The notes: a model not told the origin generated them from the sequence alone. Positions 34,471 to 45,128 are shown, counted from the stretch's first letter. The stretch is DNA of 64,000 nt from Anaerolineae bacterium (GCA_013178015.1 JABLXR010000031.1:21108-85107); one strand, 5' to 3'. Made by a program: numbers and translations.

Positions 34471-35412
34471 TCAGTCGGAAGCGGTGCGAGGGGCGGCGGT
34501 ATCGCCGTCCCACGTCCACACGTACTCGGCGATCTGACCTGGCTCGCCCAGAGGACCCACGTCTTCGCCGTTGACAGCCACTTCCGTACCTCCGGCGTTT
34601 CCGGTGCGTAGGAGGACCGACTCACCGCCGAACCACTGGCGCACCTCACCCGCCTGGAGGGTGCCCTCGTACACCACCTCTCCATCGGCGACTACGCGCA
34701 GCCAGGCGGGACTGGTGATGCGCACCTGCAGCCAGATGCCCGGGACGGGCGTCGACGTGGGCGTAGGCGACGGAACCACTGGCACAGCCGTCGCCGTGGG
34801 TCCGGGGGTGGGAAGTGGCAGCGCGGCCGAGGTCGGCAGAGCTGGCAGGGTAGGCTCCTGCGTCGGATCCATCCTCGAAGGCGAAGCAGTGGGAATGGTG
34901 TCGCTGACCGCAACGGTAGCGGTCATCGTCGGATCGGACAGCGCCAGCGCGGCGGTCTCCGCCGTGAGCGGCAGAGTGGCGACGGGGTTCGTCGCGGGTT
35001 CCCAGCCGAACAGATCACGTCCCCAAGATTCGAGGACTGGCCAGTACCACCACAGAACGGCAGCTACGACGATAGCCGCCAGCACCAGAAGGCCAATGGC
35101 AAGGAGTAGGCGACCGCCACCGATGAGCGGCTCATTCAGCGGCTGGTGCGAGTCCACGCGGCCGCCACCCCGGGAGGCCCGCCCGTACTCCTTCTCCAAC
35201 AAGTTTCGCACCTCGACCGGGTCCAGCCCCAGATACCTGCCGTAGCTAGCTACCAAGCCCCTGAGATAGACGAGGTCAGGAAGGCTTTTCCTGCGACCTT
35301 CCTCGATCGCCTCCAGGTGCAGCTGTCTAATGTGGGTATCGGCGGCTGCCTCGGCCAGGCTTAGTCCCTTGGACTCACGCGCCTCGCGAAGCAGAGCGCC
35401 CAACTCACTCAT
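34471..35412 (-). CDS. rodZ: RodZ-like protein (N-terminal XRE-type HTH, TM helix, Pro/Thr-rich linker, C-terminal DUF4115-like domain)
   Basis: The HTH reads LSELGALLREARESKGLSLAEAAADTHIRQLHLEAIE. A single TM helix and a PT-rich spacer are followed by a C-terminal beta domain (…WLQVRITSPAWLRVVADGEVVYEG…). Confidence 0.65.
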   Translation of the reverse strand: MSELGALLREARESKGLSLAEAAADTHIRQLHLEAIEEGRRKSLPDLVYLRGLVASYGRYLGLDPVEVRNLLEKEYGRASRGGGRVDSHQPLNEPLIGGGRLLLAIGLLVLAAIVVAAVLWWYWPVLESWGRDLFGWEPATNPVATLPLTAETAALALSDPTMTATVAVSDTIPTASPSRMDPTQEPTLPALPTSAALPLPTPGPTATAVPVVPSPTPTSTPVPGIWLQVRITSPAWLRVVADGEVVYEGTLQAGEVRQWFGGESVLLRTGNAGGTEVAVNGEDVGPLGEPGQIAEYVWTWDGDTAAPRTASD

Positions 35413-35713
35413 CAGGCGAGAACTCCCCGCACCCCGGGCGGGGGGCATGGAATGGAGGGACTATACCAGTCGCTGGGCACTACGGCAAAGAGGTAGTCGC
35501 GGTAGATCCAGACCGACTCGGTGAGGTACTGGGGCTTCTGTTGTCCTCCAACAGCCTTTCAGAGCGTCGGATCCTGCACTCCGGCGCCCGAACGCGACAC
35601 GAAGAGGACGGCCATCACCAGCATACCGCTTATCAGGCCGACACAGAACGCCAAAGCGGCCAGCATCTCTACCTCCCGTCCGCGATTGCTGTCTGGGACA
35701 GGAGTTGTGCAGG

Positions 35714-35959
35714 TCATGTGCCATGGCCGCCACCCGCCGATCGGATGCGCTCCTCCGGTGCCCCCAGCCTCCTGAGCTCGTCCACCGTCTGCTCGTAATC
35801 CGTCAGAAGGCTGAGCCATCGCTCGAAGTAGTAGTCCGCCCGCTCGCCTCCTTGCTCCTCCTCCGCGCGGATCACCGAGCGGCCTTTGCCTAGTCGCTCT
35901 GCCAGCGTCGCAGCCTTGTCGAGCAGCTCCTCGATTCTCCCCGCTCCGCTCGCGTTCAC
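35714..35959 (-). CDS. hypothetical small charged helical protein (81 aa)
   Basis: ORF only, with a plausible composition (MNASGAGRIEELLDKAATLAERLGKGRS…). No motif was recognised. Confidence 0.25.
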   Translation of the reverse strand: MNASGAGRIEELLDKAATLAERLGKGRSVIRAEEEQGGERADYYFERWLSLLTDYEQTVDELRRLGAPEERIRSAGGGHGT

Positions 35960-36046
35960 TGCAGCTCGCCTCCCGTGCGCGGGCTTGACAGATCGAATCC
36001 AACCGGCGATGTTCCCCTAGTAGTCTCCAGTTGCAGGTAAGGGAAG

Positions 36047-36949
36047 ATGTCTCTCAAGATGAGCGATCTCATGCCTCGAATCCAGATCGGCCCTCACAGC
36101 CTGTCCCGGCTGATAATCGGCGGCAATCCTTTTAGCGGCAACTCCCACCAGACCTCTGAAGCCGACCGGGAGATGCGGGAGTACCACTCTGCCGCCCGCA
36201 TCCTCGCAACCCTCCGCCGTGCCGAGGGATGGGGAATCAACACGTTCCAGTCTCGCGGCGACAACCACATGATGCGCCTGGTGAACGACCACTGGCGGGC
36301 CGGAGGCAGGCTCAACTGGATCGCGCAGACTGCCAGCGAACGGGCCGACGTATTCGCTAACATCAGCCAGATAGCGCGGGCCGGGGCCATCGGCATCTAC
36401 CACCACGGGGCCCGCACCGATCAGCTCTGGCACCAGGGCCGGATAGACGAGGTGGAGCCCTATCTGCGCGCCATACGGGACACCGGTTGCCTGGTCGGCC
36501 TGGGCACCCACATCCCGCAAGTGCTGGCCTACGCCGACGAGCGCAGCTGGGACCTGGATTTCTACATGGCCTCCCTCTACAACCTGAGCCGTCCCCTGGG
36601 CCAGAGGCCATCGCCCGCGGGCCAGCGTACCACCGATGAGCGCTTCCAGCACGATGACCGGGAAGCGATGCTGGCCGCCATCCGTAACACAGTCCGCCCG
36701 GTCCTGGCCTTCAAGATTCTAGGAGCGGGTCGACTAGCCACGAGTGACGCCGCGCTCCGCTCCGCCTTCGCTCGGACCCTGGCTGGCATCAAGCCCACCG
36801 ATGCCATCGTGGTCGGGGTGTTCACCAAGTACGGCGACCAGGTGGCACGGAACGCCAGGCTGGTGCTGGAGCTGGCCGGGACTACCTCCCTGGGGCGCAG
36901 GCCGCGGCCAGAGGCGGCCGGAGCCACAGGCCCGGTGCCCTCCGCCTAG
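36047..36949 (+). CDS. hypothetical protein (300 aa), first gene of the tetronate-kinase cluster
   Basis: A long ORF with coding-like composition. No family was recognised from the sequence. Confidence 0.5.
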   Translation: MSLKMSDLMPRIQIGPHSLSRLIIGGNPFSGNSHQTSEADREMREYHSAARILATLRRAEGWGINTFQSRGDNHMMRLVNDHWRAGGRLNWIAQTASERADVFANISQIARAGAIGIYHHGARTDQLWHQGRIDEVEPYLRAIRDTGCLVGLGTHIPQVLAYADERSWDLDFYMASLYNLSRPLGQRPSPAGQRTTDERFQHDDREAMLAAIRNTVRPVLAFKILGAGRLATSDAALRSAFARTLAGIKPTDAIVVGVFTKYGDQVARNARLVLELAGTTSLGRRPRPEAAGATGPVPSA

Positions 36950-37848
36950 CCGCCCGTTCCCCCGCGCACCTCCACGTCTGACAGGCCCTCTATCACCTGA
37001 ATGATGGCGGAGTGGTCCAGCCTTCCCTTGCCGTGAGTCACCAGCGACTGGTACATCTGCCGTACCAGCGCCGTGGCTGGCAGAACCGCGCCGGACTCCC
37101 GGGCTGCTTCCAGGGCGATGCCCAGGTCCTTCAGGTGGTAGGCGGCGTAGAACCCCGGCTCGAAGTCCCGCTGCAGCACCTTGGGGGCGCGGTTCTCGAG
37201 CGCCCAGCATCGGGCGGCGCCGCCCGAGATCGCCTGCACCACCTTGGCTGGATCCACTCCCGACTTGGCCGCCAGCACCAGGGCCTCCGCCACGGCCGCA
37301 TGAGTGAGGCCAACCACGATCTGGTTGGCAGCCTTCGTCACCTGGCCAGCGCCGCTGGGGCCCACGTACACTATGTTCTTACCTATCACCTCCAGGATGG
37401 GGCGCACGCGCTCGAAGGCATCCTCCTCGCCCCCAACCATGATGGCCAGAGTGGCGTTTTCCGCCCCGATCTGGCCCCCGCTCACGGGAGCGTCCAGCAT
37501 GCGGACACCCTTCTCCTGCATGGCCCGAGCCACCCTCTTGGTGGTGACCGGTGAAATGGTGCTGGTGTCCACGTAGATGCTGCCAGGGCGAATCCCCGAG
37601 CTGATGCCCGCCTCGCCCAGGGCTACTGCTTCCACATCGGGGCTGTCGGGGAGGCAGGTGAACACAATATCGGAGACAGCCGCCACCTCCGCCGCCGATC
37701 GAGCCGGAGTCGCTCCCAGGCCAGCCAGCTCGTCCACGGCGCCGCGGCTGCGGTTGTGTACGGTCAGAGGATAGCCCGCTTCCAGTATGTGGCGAGCCAT
37801 GGGCTTGCCCATGATCCCCAGTCCGATGAAGCCTACTCGCTCCGGCAT
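36946..37848 (-). CDS. NAD-binding 3-hydroxyisobutyrate/tartronate-semialdehyde dehydrogenase family protein (possible L-threonate/2-oxo-tetronate dehydrogenase)
   Basis: The Rossmann N-terminus VGFIGLGIMGKPMARHILEAGYPLTVHNRS and a 6-PGDH-like C-domain are present over 300 aa. Confidence 0.85.
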   Translation of the reverse strand: MPERVGFIGLGIMGKPMARHILEAGYPLTVHNRSRGAVDELAGLGATPARSAAEVAAVSDIVFTCLPDSPDVEAVALGEAGISSGIRPGSIYVDTSTISPVTTKRVARAMQEKGVRMLDAPVSGGQIGAENATLAIMVGGEEDAFERVRPILEVIGKNIVYVGPSGAGQVTKAANQIVVGLTHAAVAEALVLAAKSGVDPAKVVQAISGGAARCWALENRAPKVLQRDFEPGFYAAYHLKDLGIALEAARESGAVLPATALVRQMYQSLVTHGKGRLDHSAIIQVIEGLSDVEVRGGTGG

Positions 37849-38015
37849 CTGATGTCCTCCTGCTCTCTATCCAAGCCGGCATTATGGCCCCGGCGGGCCA
37901 GCCGGTCAACGTGCTTCGCGCTGCCATTTGACACTGGTGCCCGATGGGGCCACTCTACATGACCGGCAGACGCCTGTCCGCGCCTCTGTCACCGCACTCA
38001 CAAGGAGGGAAGCTC

Positions 38016-38693
38016 ATGCCCAAACGGGTGGGAATGCTGCACACCAGCTTCGTCTTCATCCAGGTGGAGACCATGATCAACGACCTCTTTAGGGAGATCC
38101 TCCCAGATGTCGAGGTGCTGCACTTCGTGGATAGCGAGGTGCTCGCGGCCGTCATGCGCGCGGGGAAGGTAACGCCAGAGGCCGTTCGCCGCCTGACCTT
38201 CCTCGCCCAGGCGGCTCAGGCCGCCGGGGTGGATGCCATCTTCTCCGCCTGTTCCTCCCTCGGCCCCGCAGCAGACGTCGCCGCCCTGTTCGTGGATCGG
38301 CCCCTCATCAAGATAGACGAGGCCATGGCGCGCGAGGCAGTCAGCCGCGCGGCGCGGATCGGCGTGCTAGCCACGGTGCCTACTACCCTGGGCCCCACCA
38401 CCGACCTCATTCGACGGAAGGCAGCCGACGTGGGGAAGACGGTAGAGGTGTTCCCCCGGCTAAGCGAAGGCGCCTTCGAGGCGCTCATGGGAGGCGACAA
38501 GCAACGGCACGATCGCATGGTCCTGGAGGGCGCCCTCGACCTGGCTCCTCAGGTGGAGATTCTCACCCTGGCCCAGGCTTCCATGACGAGGCTAGCGCCC
38601 TGGCTGTCCCAAGAGACCGGGCTCGAGGTCCTCTCCAGCCCTCGCCTCGGCATCGAGCACCTGAGGGACGTGCTGGAGCAGATGGGCAGCTAG
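38016..38693 (+). CDS. Asp/Glu/hydantoin racemase-family protein
   Basis: The ATG at 38016 follows AAGGAGGG. The fold is typical of the arylmalonate-decarboxylase/racemase family (…AGVDAIFSACSSLG…EILTLAQASMT…). Confidence 0.7.
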   Translation: MPKRVGMLHTSFVFIQVETMINDLFREILPDVEVLHFVDSEVLAAVMRAGKVTPEAVRRLTFLAQAAQAAGVDAIFSACSSLGPAADVAALFVDRPLIKIDEAMAREAVSRAARIGVLATVPTTLGPTTDLIRRKAADVGKTVEVFPRLSEGAFEALMGGDKQRHDRMVLEGALDLAPQVEILTLAQASMTRLAPWLSQETGLEVLSSPRLGIEHLRDVLEQMGS

Positions 38694-38701
38694 AGGCCCA
38701 C

Positions 38702-40156
38702 ATGAGTGTGACCCAGCCTGAGGCTAGAGACCGACACTCACCTCTTAGGGCATCTGACGCCTTTGCCGCTCTGCCCCCGCCCTGGACCGATGGCGATCTC
38801 CGCCTTGATATCCGCCGCTGCCTGGAAGCATCCGGCACGGCAGTGGTGGTAGTAGACGACGACCCCACCGGCACTCAGACGGTGCACGACGTGCCCGTAC
38901 TCACGACCTGGGGCCCGGCCGAACTTGGGCGCGAACTGGCGGCCGGCACCTCGGTCTTCTACGTGCTCACCAACTCCCGCGCTCTACCGGTCCAGCGAGC
39001 CGTCGCCCTGGGGCGGGAGCTGGGAACCAACCTGCGCGCTGCTTCGCAGCAGACCGGACGTCGCCTGGAGGTCATCAGCCGCAGCGACTCCACTCTCCGG
39101 GGGCACTACCCGGCCGAGACCGATGCCCTGGCGGAGGGGCTTCAGTTCGAGCCCGATGGCCTTCTCATCGCCCCCTACTTCCGGGAGGGCGGACGCTTCA
39201 CTCTCGATGACGTCCACTACGTCCTCCAGAGAGACACCCTGGTCCCAGCAGCTCAGACGGACTTCGCTCGCGACCCGGCTTTCGGCTATGCCCACTCCAA
39301 CCTTCGCCATTGGGTAGAGGAGAAGACGGGTGGGCGGTGGCCCGCAGACCAGGTGGCAAGCATATCGCTCGATGCCATCAGACGCCGTGGGCCCGAGGGG
39401 GTGCTGCCCCAGCTGCTGGCCCTCAAGGGAGGCCAACCATCGATCGTCAACGCTGCCGACGACCGAGACCTGGAGGTTGTCGTCCTGGCCCTCGCGGAAG
39501 CCGAGAACCGTGGCAGGCGATACCTCTGCCGTACCGCTGCCTCCTTCGCTAAGGTGCGTGGGGGCATCACTGACCGCCCGCTACTGCAGCCCGCCGAAGT
39601 GCGCTCCCGCAGCACCGACGCCCGTGGTGGACTGGTCGTGGTAGGCTCATATGTTTCCCAGACCACTCGGCAGCTGGAGAGGCTCCTTATCGAGCCGGGA
39701 TGGGTATCCGTCCAGCTAGATGTGCCCACCGTGCTCGACCCAGCTCAGCGTCGGGCCTGCCTCGAGAAGGCCGCTGCTTCCCTGGCCAACGCCCTCTCCA
39801 ACGACGCCAACGTCGTGCTCTTCACCAGCAGAGAGCACGTAGGCGGTGGAAACCGAACGGAGGCCCTGGCCGTGGGCCGCTCGATTTCAACGGCTCTGGT
39901 GGAGCTGGTCCGCGGGCTTCCGGTCCGACCCCGGTTCCTGATCGCCAAGGGAGGGATCACGGCCAGTGACCTAGCTACGGACGCCTTGGCCGTCCGCCGA
40001 GCCCTGGTCCTGGGGCAGATCGCCCACGGGGTGCCGGTATGGAGCCTGGGCCAGGAGAGCAAGTTCCCCGGCCTGGCCTATGTCGTCTTCCCTGGCAACG
40101 TGGGCACGGACGACACCCTCGCCGAGGTGGCGCGGTCGCTCTCCCAAGGGCAATAG
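38702..40156 (+). CDS. four-carbon acid sugar kinase family protein (OtnK-like 3-oxo-tetronate kinase; DUF1537/DUF1357)
   Basis: The N-terminal motif VVVVDDDPTGTQTVHDVPVL and a C-terminal nucleotide-binding domain are present over 484 aa. Confidence 0.8.
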   Translation: MSVTQPEARDRHSPLRASDAFAALPPPWTDGDLRLDIRRCLEASGTAVVVVDDDPTGTQTVHDVPVLTTWGPAELGRELAAGTSVFYVLTNSRALPVQRAVALGRELGTNLRAASQQTGRRLEVISRSDSTLRGHYPAETDALAEGLQFEPDGLLIAPYFREGGRFTLDDVHYVLQRDTLVPAAQTDFARDPAFGYAHSNLRHWVEEKTGGRWPADQVASISLDAIRRRGPEGVLPQLLALKGGQPSIVNAADDRDLEVVVLALAEAENRGRRYLCRTAASFAKVRGGITDRPLLQPAEVRSRSTDARGGLVVVGSYVSQTTRQLERLLIEPGWVSVQLDVPTVLDPAQRRACLEKAAASLANALSNDANVVLFTSREHVGGGNRTEALAVGRSISTALVELVRGLPVRPRFLIAKGGITASDLATDALAVRRALVLGQIAHGVPVWSLGQESKFPGLAYVVFPGNVGTDDTLAEVARSLSQGQ

Positions 40157-40211
40157 CCGCCACCGGCAGGGGTGGCCCCAGCCCGGACCATGCTCCTTCG
40201 TTCTGACGGGG

Positions 40212-41600
40212 CTAGACCGCTACATCGCCCAGATCCAGCGGGCAGGTAGTGGAGGTCCAGCCGGCCACGCCTCCGAGCACCACCGTGAGGTCGTCGTGGC
40301 CCTGCTTCTGCAACAGAGAGGCAGCGATGGTGGAGCGCAGCCCACTGCCGCAGAACACGAACACCGGTCTATCCCGCGGGATCTCGTCCAGGTGGCCGGG
40401 AAGCTGCGTGATGGGGACGTGATGCGCCGCCGGGATGCGCCCCTCGCCCTCCAGCTCTCGCTGGCTCCGGACATCCAGGATCCACAGCCGCTCGCCCGAA
40501 TCTAGCACCCCGCACAGCTCCTGAACGGTGATCATACCGATGCTGTCGCTATCCAGGCCGGAAGTGTGCCAGCCCACCATACCCTCGCCCAGGTAGCCCA
40601 CCAAGTCGTCGTAGCCCAGCCGGATCAGGTAGCGCACGGCCTGCTCCGGCGTCGCCGGGTCGGTAACCAGCAGGATAGGTCGCTCGTAGTCTAGGAACCA
40701 TCCGGCGAAGGAGGGCACGCCCTGCTCCCAGATGGACAGCGCCCCGGGGACGTGGGCGGCGTTGAAGGCCAGCTCCATGCGCGTGTCCAGCACCTGAGAG
40801 CCGGACGCGTGGTCGGCGAAGACGTCGGGTGGCAGCGGTGGAGGCACGGGAAGACCACCCAGGACGGGGGGACCGTCGCGGTTGAGCTGCTCCATCATAC
40901 TGAAATACGGCGGCCGTTCCAGGCTGTGGGACACGAACCGGATGAAGCCATCCCGATCAGAGTGCTGCAGGGCGGCATTGTGACGCCTCTCGATGCCCAC
41001 CGTCGTGATCGGCCGGTCGGCGACCCTCTCGCTCCCACACACAGATCCGGCACCATGGGCCGGACACACGATCACCTGATCCCCCAGGGGCAGTATCTTC
41101 TCGAAGATGGTGTCATACAGGAGGCCGGCCATCTCCTCCTGCTTTTCCTCGTCTAGCAGATCAGTGCGCCCCACGTCGCCCGGCAGCAGAGTGTCGCCGG
41201 TGAAGACCATCCAGGGAGCGCCGGTGCCGTCGTGGAGGACGTAGTTCATCATGCCTTCAGTATGCCCCGGGGCGTGGAAGGCGCGCAGAGCCAGCCCCCC
41301 AATGTCGAATCGCTGTCCGTCTTCCACCGCCTGGCCGTAGCCGTAGTCCAGCTGAGAGTCGGCGTGCCACACCTCGGCGCCGGTGAGCCCAGCCAGCTCC
41401 AGGGACCCAATCACGTAGTCCTCATTGCGGTGGGTCTCCAGGACGTAGCGGAGGTGGTATCCCCGCCGTGCTGCTAGGTCAACGTAGACCTGGCAGTCCC
41501 GACGCGGGTCAATCACGGCAGCGATACCATTGCGACCGACGACGTAGGAGAAGTGCGACAATCCTGGGGATCGCACCTGGTCAAACATTATCTGCTTCAT
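40212..41600 (-). CDS. MBL-fold metallo-hydrolase fused to rhodanese domains (persulfide dioxygenase/CstB-like)
   Basis: The ATG at 41600 follows GAGGGAG. Metal-binding histidines lie in …LETHRNEDYV…FHAPGHTEG…. The C-terminal rhodanese domain carries the active-site Cys loop VFVFCGSGLRS. The ORF extending to 42020 is an over-extension. Confidence 0.8.
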   Translation of the reverse strand: MKQIMFDQVRSPGLSHFSYVVGRNGIAAVIDPRRDCQVYVDLAARRGYHLRYVLETHRNEDYVIGSLELAGLTGAEVWHADSQLDYGYGQAVEDGQRFDIGGLALRAFHAPGHTEGMMNYVLHDGTGAPWMVFTGDTLLPGDVGRTDLLDEEKQEEMAGLLYDTIFEKILPLGDQVIVCPAHGAGSVCGSERVADRPITTVGIERRHNAALQHSDRDGFIRFVSHSLERPPYFSMMEQLNRDGPPVLGGLPVPPPLPPDVFADHASGSQVLDTRMELAFNAAHVPGALSIWEQGVPSFAGWFLDYERPILLVTDPATPEQAVRYLIRLGYDDLVGYLGEGMVGWHTSGLDSDSIGMITVQELCGVLDSGERLWILDVRSQRELEGEGRIPAAHHVPITQLPGHLDEIPRDRPVFVFCGSGLRSTIAASLLQKQGHDDLTVVLGGVAGWTSTTCPLDLGDVAV

Positions 41601-41850
41601 ACTTAACTCCCTCAAGCGCTTCAGGCGACCGTCAACGCCATGGCCGAAGAATAGGGCGCGCCCCAGATCCTGTCTACCACGGGCTCGGATCACAGGCGAA
41701 GGGCCTCGGCCACGTCTCCCCTCTCGCGCACAGTGCCGCAGGCCCCGCGGCGGTGACGGAAGCGGGGTAGGAGGCGGGCCCGCGCGTTCGTCGCCGGGCA
41801 GGGACGGTGCCCGTCTGTGCCAACTACAGCTTGTCAGATGACGTTCTCGA

Positions 41851-42938
41851 CTATGCTGCATGAGCTTGCGGTTGCGATGGGCGCTTGAGACCGAACCCGA
41901 ACGGAGAGAGGTCTTGTTGTTGGTCTTGGGCCACGAGAACCAGTTCGCGTTCGGCCGAGTCAATCGGCAAGGTGAAGGTGGGGGAGTAGCGATTGTGGGT
42001 GGCGTGGCGCTTGACCGCACGCCAGAGAAACTCGATCGGGTTGCAGTCGGAGGAGTACATGGGCAAGTGGTAGACGCTCAGGCGTCTGGCCTGCTCGCAG
42101 AGGAACTGCTTCACCTTGGCAGCCAGTTGGTAGGGAGCGTTGTCTTGGATCAGGGACGGGCGTTGGTGGGTCTGGGCCAGCACCCGGCGCAGAGAGGCGA
42201 TGCAGCTATCGGCATCGCACTTGCCTTCAATGCCCTGGTGGAAGAAGCGACCGCCAAAGGACTGGATCAGTGCGAAGACGCTGTAAGCCCTGCTCCTGCC
42301 GCTGGTCTCGAGCACAGGCTGCCAGCCCACCGGGGCCCAGCTGTGGCCCAGTGAGCCCCACTGGGCGGAGTTGGCCTCGTCGCCAAAGAGGATAAGGGCT
42401 CTCCTGCGCCTGCCCCGCTCCAGCAGTGCTGGCCAGGTCCGGTCCAGCCATTGCTGGCGGGCCGCTTCATGCTTCCCATCGGCAGAGAAACGCGCCTTCT
42501 GGAAGAAGAAACCCAGTCGATCCAGCAGCTCGGCCAGTTAGTGCACATTCTAGAGGACGCTGGACTCACGCTCGATCAACCTGTGGATGAGCAGGGCGTT
42601 CCAGCAGCCACCAGCACAGCTGGCCGCCTCCGGCCCTGGCCTGAAGCAGCTCCACCAGACGAGCCTTCTGGGTGGCAGCCAGTTTGCCTGGCCCACCCCC
42701 TTTCCACTCTACCCGCAGACCCACCACTCCCTCCGTCAACAAGCTTCTCCGCCAGTTGCACCCGGTGGCGACCCCCGTGATTCTCCCCCAGGCTCGCCAC
42801 CGACGCACCCTGGCCCACAGCCAGCAGGGCGGAGGTGCACTTGGTCAGACTCACCCCAGCCCCCCTGTAGGCCAACCGCATCGTCTCCGCCAAACCCTGG
42901 ACCGTCTCCCTTCTGATGCGTATCCTGACGATGACCAT
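41851..42938 (-). mobile_element. degenerate IS630-family transposase gene (multiple frameshifts)
   Basis: Three or more overlapping ORF fragments in different frames make up the element. The HTH N-terminus reads MVIVRIRIRRETVQGLAETMRLAYRGAGVSLTKCTSALLAVGQGASVASL. The DDE_3 C-terminus reads …DNAPYQ…LPMYSSDCNPIEFLWRAVKRH…. Confidence 0.6.
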
Positions 42939-43273
42939 CGTTGACCCCCGGATCGGCGCCCGGAGTCATGGCTGCTGTCGGCCTGCCAACAATGGCCATT
43001 CCTGTCACCACTTCCCCATGCAGTGTCCTGAAGGTCCATACCCGCAGTGGTTGAGCCTGCGGCCAGGACCATGCCCCTGAAGGAGGCCCGCTTTCGTGAA
43101 GCGGCGCGAGAACAGGTGGAGTTGGTACCTCGCAGCCTTTCAGGCGAGTCTCGCATCCGTGTACACGGCACGGGGCGGCACAAGAGGGTGGCTGCTCTTG
43201 ACGGGCGCCGACACGGGGGCTAGAAGGGTGGCAGGGAGGCGCGCTGCCGGCAGCAACGTAGGGAGAGAGGTCT

Positions 43274-43567
43274 ATGGTCACTTACTGCGTGCTTTACCAG
43301 TTCACCAGCGCGGGCATGGCGAATGTCAAAGAGCTGCCACGAGGGATTGCAGAGGCCCACCAGGCCGTCGAGGCCATGGGCGGCAGGGTGGTGGCCTGCT
43401 ACGTGCTGATGGGCCAGTATGATTCGGTGGGTATCTATGAGTTCCCCAGCGACGAAGTGGCCTTGGCGTTCTTGTTGGGCATGGGCAGCCGGGGAGTGGC
43501 AAAGACGACGTCCCTGAGGGCATTCACCCCCGAGGCCCTGGCGGAAGTGGTCAAGAACGTGCCCTAG
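43274..43567 (+). CDS. GYD-domain protein
   Basis: 97 aa. MVTYCVLYQFTSAGMANVKELPRGIAEAHQAVEAMGGRVVACYVLMGQYDSVGIYEFPSDEVA… fits the GYD family pattern. Confidence 0.7.
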   Translation: MVTYCVLYQFTSAGMANVKELPRGIAEAHQAVEAMGGRVVACYVLMGQYDSVGIYEFPSDEVALAFLLGMGSRGVAKTTSLRAFTPEALAEVVKNVP

Positions 43568-44167
43568 AAGGGCGCGGACCCCGTCTGCGATAGTATGGCC
43601 GTGAGCCATGGAACACGGGCGTGCCTCCCCCTTGGTCTCCGCCCTCCATGGCCGACCTCTGTGACTCCGCTGAGTGCACAGATCTATGGACGCCAGCTCG
43701 CCTGTCGGAAGCGATGAGTGAGTGCGCCCCGGAGCCCTACAGGCAGGTCGGAACGCTGTAGAGACGGGGAAGGGTTGTGCCCCGTCAATGGCGGAAGAGC
43801 TTGCCGTACCCCACTTTCATGCCGGGGGGGGCCACCAGCAGCGCAGACGATGGCGTAGTGGTCGTGCTGTCCAGAGGAGGGTGAAGGGCTAGAGGAATAT
43901 GCCGAGCCAAGGAATGGCTCGGCGCACCGGTGGCCCCAGGTCGCTCAGGCGCGACCTATCCACTCCAAGGCGGACGGAGCTGAGATGATCGCGCACGGCG
44001 AAGGGGCGCGGCCACCAAGCCAGCGTGGAGGCGCGGCCACGGTGGGCGACGGCAGGAGGTGGTTAGGCCAGTTCTTGCCTGAGCCGGTGGGCAGCTTGTG
44101 GTGGAGACGTGGGAGCCCGCTCCAAGGGGGAGGCCGCCGGGGCTGTTATCTGGTCGCTTTGGGGAGA

Positions 44168-44665
44168 TTACCCCTGTGGCAAGCCGTGCTGGGCTAATTG
44201 GCTGGTGAGAGCAGTCAGCCGATGCAGCAGGAAGTTGGCCAACAGCAGGCGGTGGAGACGGAGGACAGCTCTGAGTTGGTGAGGGTCGCCCCATTGCCTG
44301 AGGATGATGCCGCTCTTCTCATCCCGATACCCCGGCTCGGCGCGGATGCGCCAGCGGTAGAGGATTTCGATCATCTCGGCGCCGGTCAGGTCGGAGCCCA
44401 GGTACCAGGGTTCCTGGTGGCCCCGCTCCCAGAGAGCCAGTACCGCCACCGGCACCTGTTCCTGCTGGCCGCAATGGGTACTAGGCAGCCACAGCCTCTG
44501 CCCTGGCTTGAGGGCCAAGAGCGTGTGCGCCGGGCCGGCCCTGCCATCGGGTGGCGTGAGCCAGGTGTCACCATCGGAGGCGATGACGAGGGAGCGGTTC
44601 CTGACCACGAGCCACCGCACGAGGCTGGCTCTGGCGAAGCCACGGCCGGCAACGACAACGGCCAA
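44168..44665 (-). mobile_element. IS4/IS701-like DDE transposase C-terminal fragment
   Basis: …EMIEILYRWRIRAEPGYRDEKS… matches the conserved Y..RW.IE..F...K C-terminal region of IS4-type transposases. No intact N-terminal part is present, and the upstream frames are broken. Confidence 0.45.
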
Positions 44666-45128
44666 CAGCCCCGGGGCAAGGAAGGACTACGGGTAGTCCA
44701 GCAGTTGTAGCTCGATCAGGTTCTGGCTGAGCCGGGACGCAACCCGATCGCTGGCGACCACAGCCGGTCGGCCTCTCTTGCCAGGCAGAGGACATAGGGC
44801 AGTACCCAGATTGGGCCAAGTGTGCTCAGACGGGAAGCAACCTCGCGGGCTGGAGCGGTCATAGGTGGTGAAGATGATGGGCAAGGGACGACCACTGCAG
44901 GGCGCACTAACGATGAGGGCGGCAGAGCGTTCAAGGTAAGTCGTGTCCAACAATGGCGGCAACAATAGCTCCCCTTGGGTAGGGCTTTCTCGAAGTCGAG
45001 CCTGCGTTGGGCGAGCTGCCATCTGGCGCGGGCCACGAACCACCACCGGCCAGCCAGCACGTATGGCACAGAGGCGATGCAGCGTTCGACAGCGCCCAGC
45101 CTGGCTCCGATAGCCATCTCCGGTAGCC

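Noticed and set aside
35559-36002. 147-aa minus-strand ORF between the RodZ-like gene and 36047, including a 35-aa hydrophobic tail (MLAALAFCVGLISGMLVMAVLFVSRSGAGVQDPTL)
   Set aside because: The upstream two-thirds is Arg/Gly-rich junk in the alternate frame of another small ORF. The short TM peptide might be real but cannot be supported from sequence alone.
43600-44167. Possible genes in the gap between the GYD gene and the IS4-like fragment
   Set aside because: Only short, low-complexity ORFs in mixed frames were found. The region is treated as decayed mobile or intergenic DNA.
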